64,000 bases of DNA from the human T2T-CHM13v2.0 reference genome, Homo sapiens, in the NCBI RefSeq assembly GCF_009914755.1, contig NC_060939.1, one strand, 5' to 3'. A model generated the notes under the pieces. That model saw only the letters and a list, made by a program, of their open reading frames with translations. It made no database searches and was not told the DNA's origin. The stretch's first letter is position 1. Every line of letters begins with the position of its first letter. Position numbers and translations under genes: made by a program. Below, piece by piece: positions 63,463 through 64,000 of this stretch.

Positions 63463-64000
63463 TAAATTAGAATTGCTTCTCCAAGTAATGTTAACATAAT
63501 ATACATAATTATAAATAACTTCACAGAGAGATTATACAGTCCAAGTGTTTATACATATACTTTGTTAACTATGAAGTGTATAGTTATGTAGATCGCTAGC
63601 ATCGTTAGGTTTCACTAACTCTGCACCAAATTTAGTATATCCAAAAACATGAAAATTTTTTATGTTATAATAAATTAGTGATTCATATCACACTTGGTTC
63701 CCAAGGAAAGTGCCATCTTATTATTACTTTATTTTGGCATTTTTGGGAGTTACTTTTATCCATTATTTCTTACTATGAATTATATTTGTATCTCTAAGGA
63801 CCAAATCATTGCTCAGGCAAGTTATAGATGCAAGACACAAGTTATTATTTTTAAAGCATTTCTATTTTTTTTTTATAAGAACCAAAGTGACAAGTATCTG
63901 AATAAGAAACTGATGTATTTAAGGCTCTGTGGAGCCAAACATTACATATGTTTTATAAAAGAGTAGCTTTTAAGCTTAAGATTTGATCAAAGGTGCTGGT

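Overview
Primate (human-like) genomic DNA, AT-rich and repeat-dense. It holds the last two coding exons of GALK2 (N-acetylgalactosamine kinase, + strand) tail-to-tail with the last five coding exons of FAM227B (- strand); the two stop codons are about 0.4 kb apart. Joining the FAM227B exons in frame requires a ~32 kb U12-type (minor spliceosome) AT-AC intron (55673->23708), with a consensus ATATCCTTT donor and a TTCCTTAAT branch site. That intron contains a full-length but disabled L1PA2/3-type LINE-1, nested and internally deleted older L1s, solo LTRs, and a processed SPPL2A pseudogene. The pseudogene has no poly(A) tail, joins an old L1 through an AAATAAA overlap, and keeps a CpG-dense 5' end. 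A homogeneous 26-bp AT-rich minisatellite (~31 copies) lies just upstream of a FAM227B acceptor. Gene names and repeat subfamilies come from recognising sequences from memory, not database searches. Repeat boundaries are approximate unless a TSD is cited.
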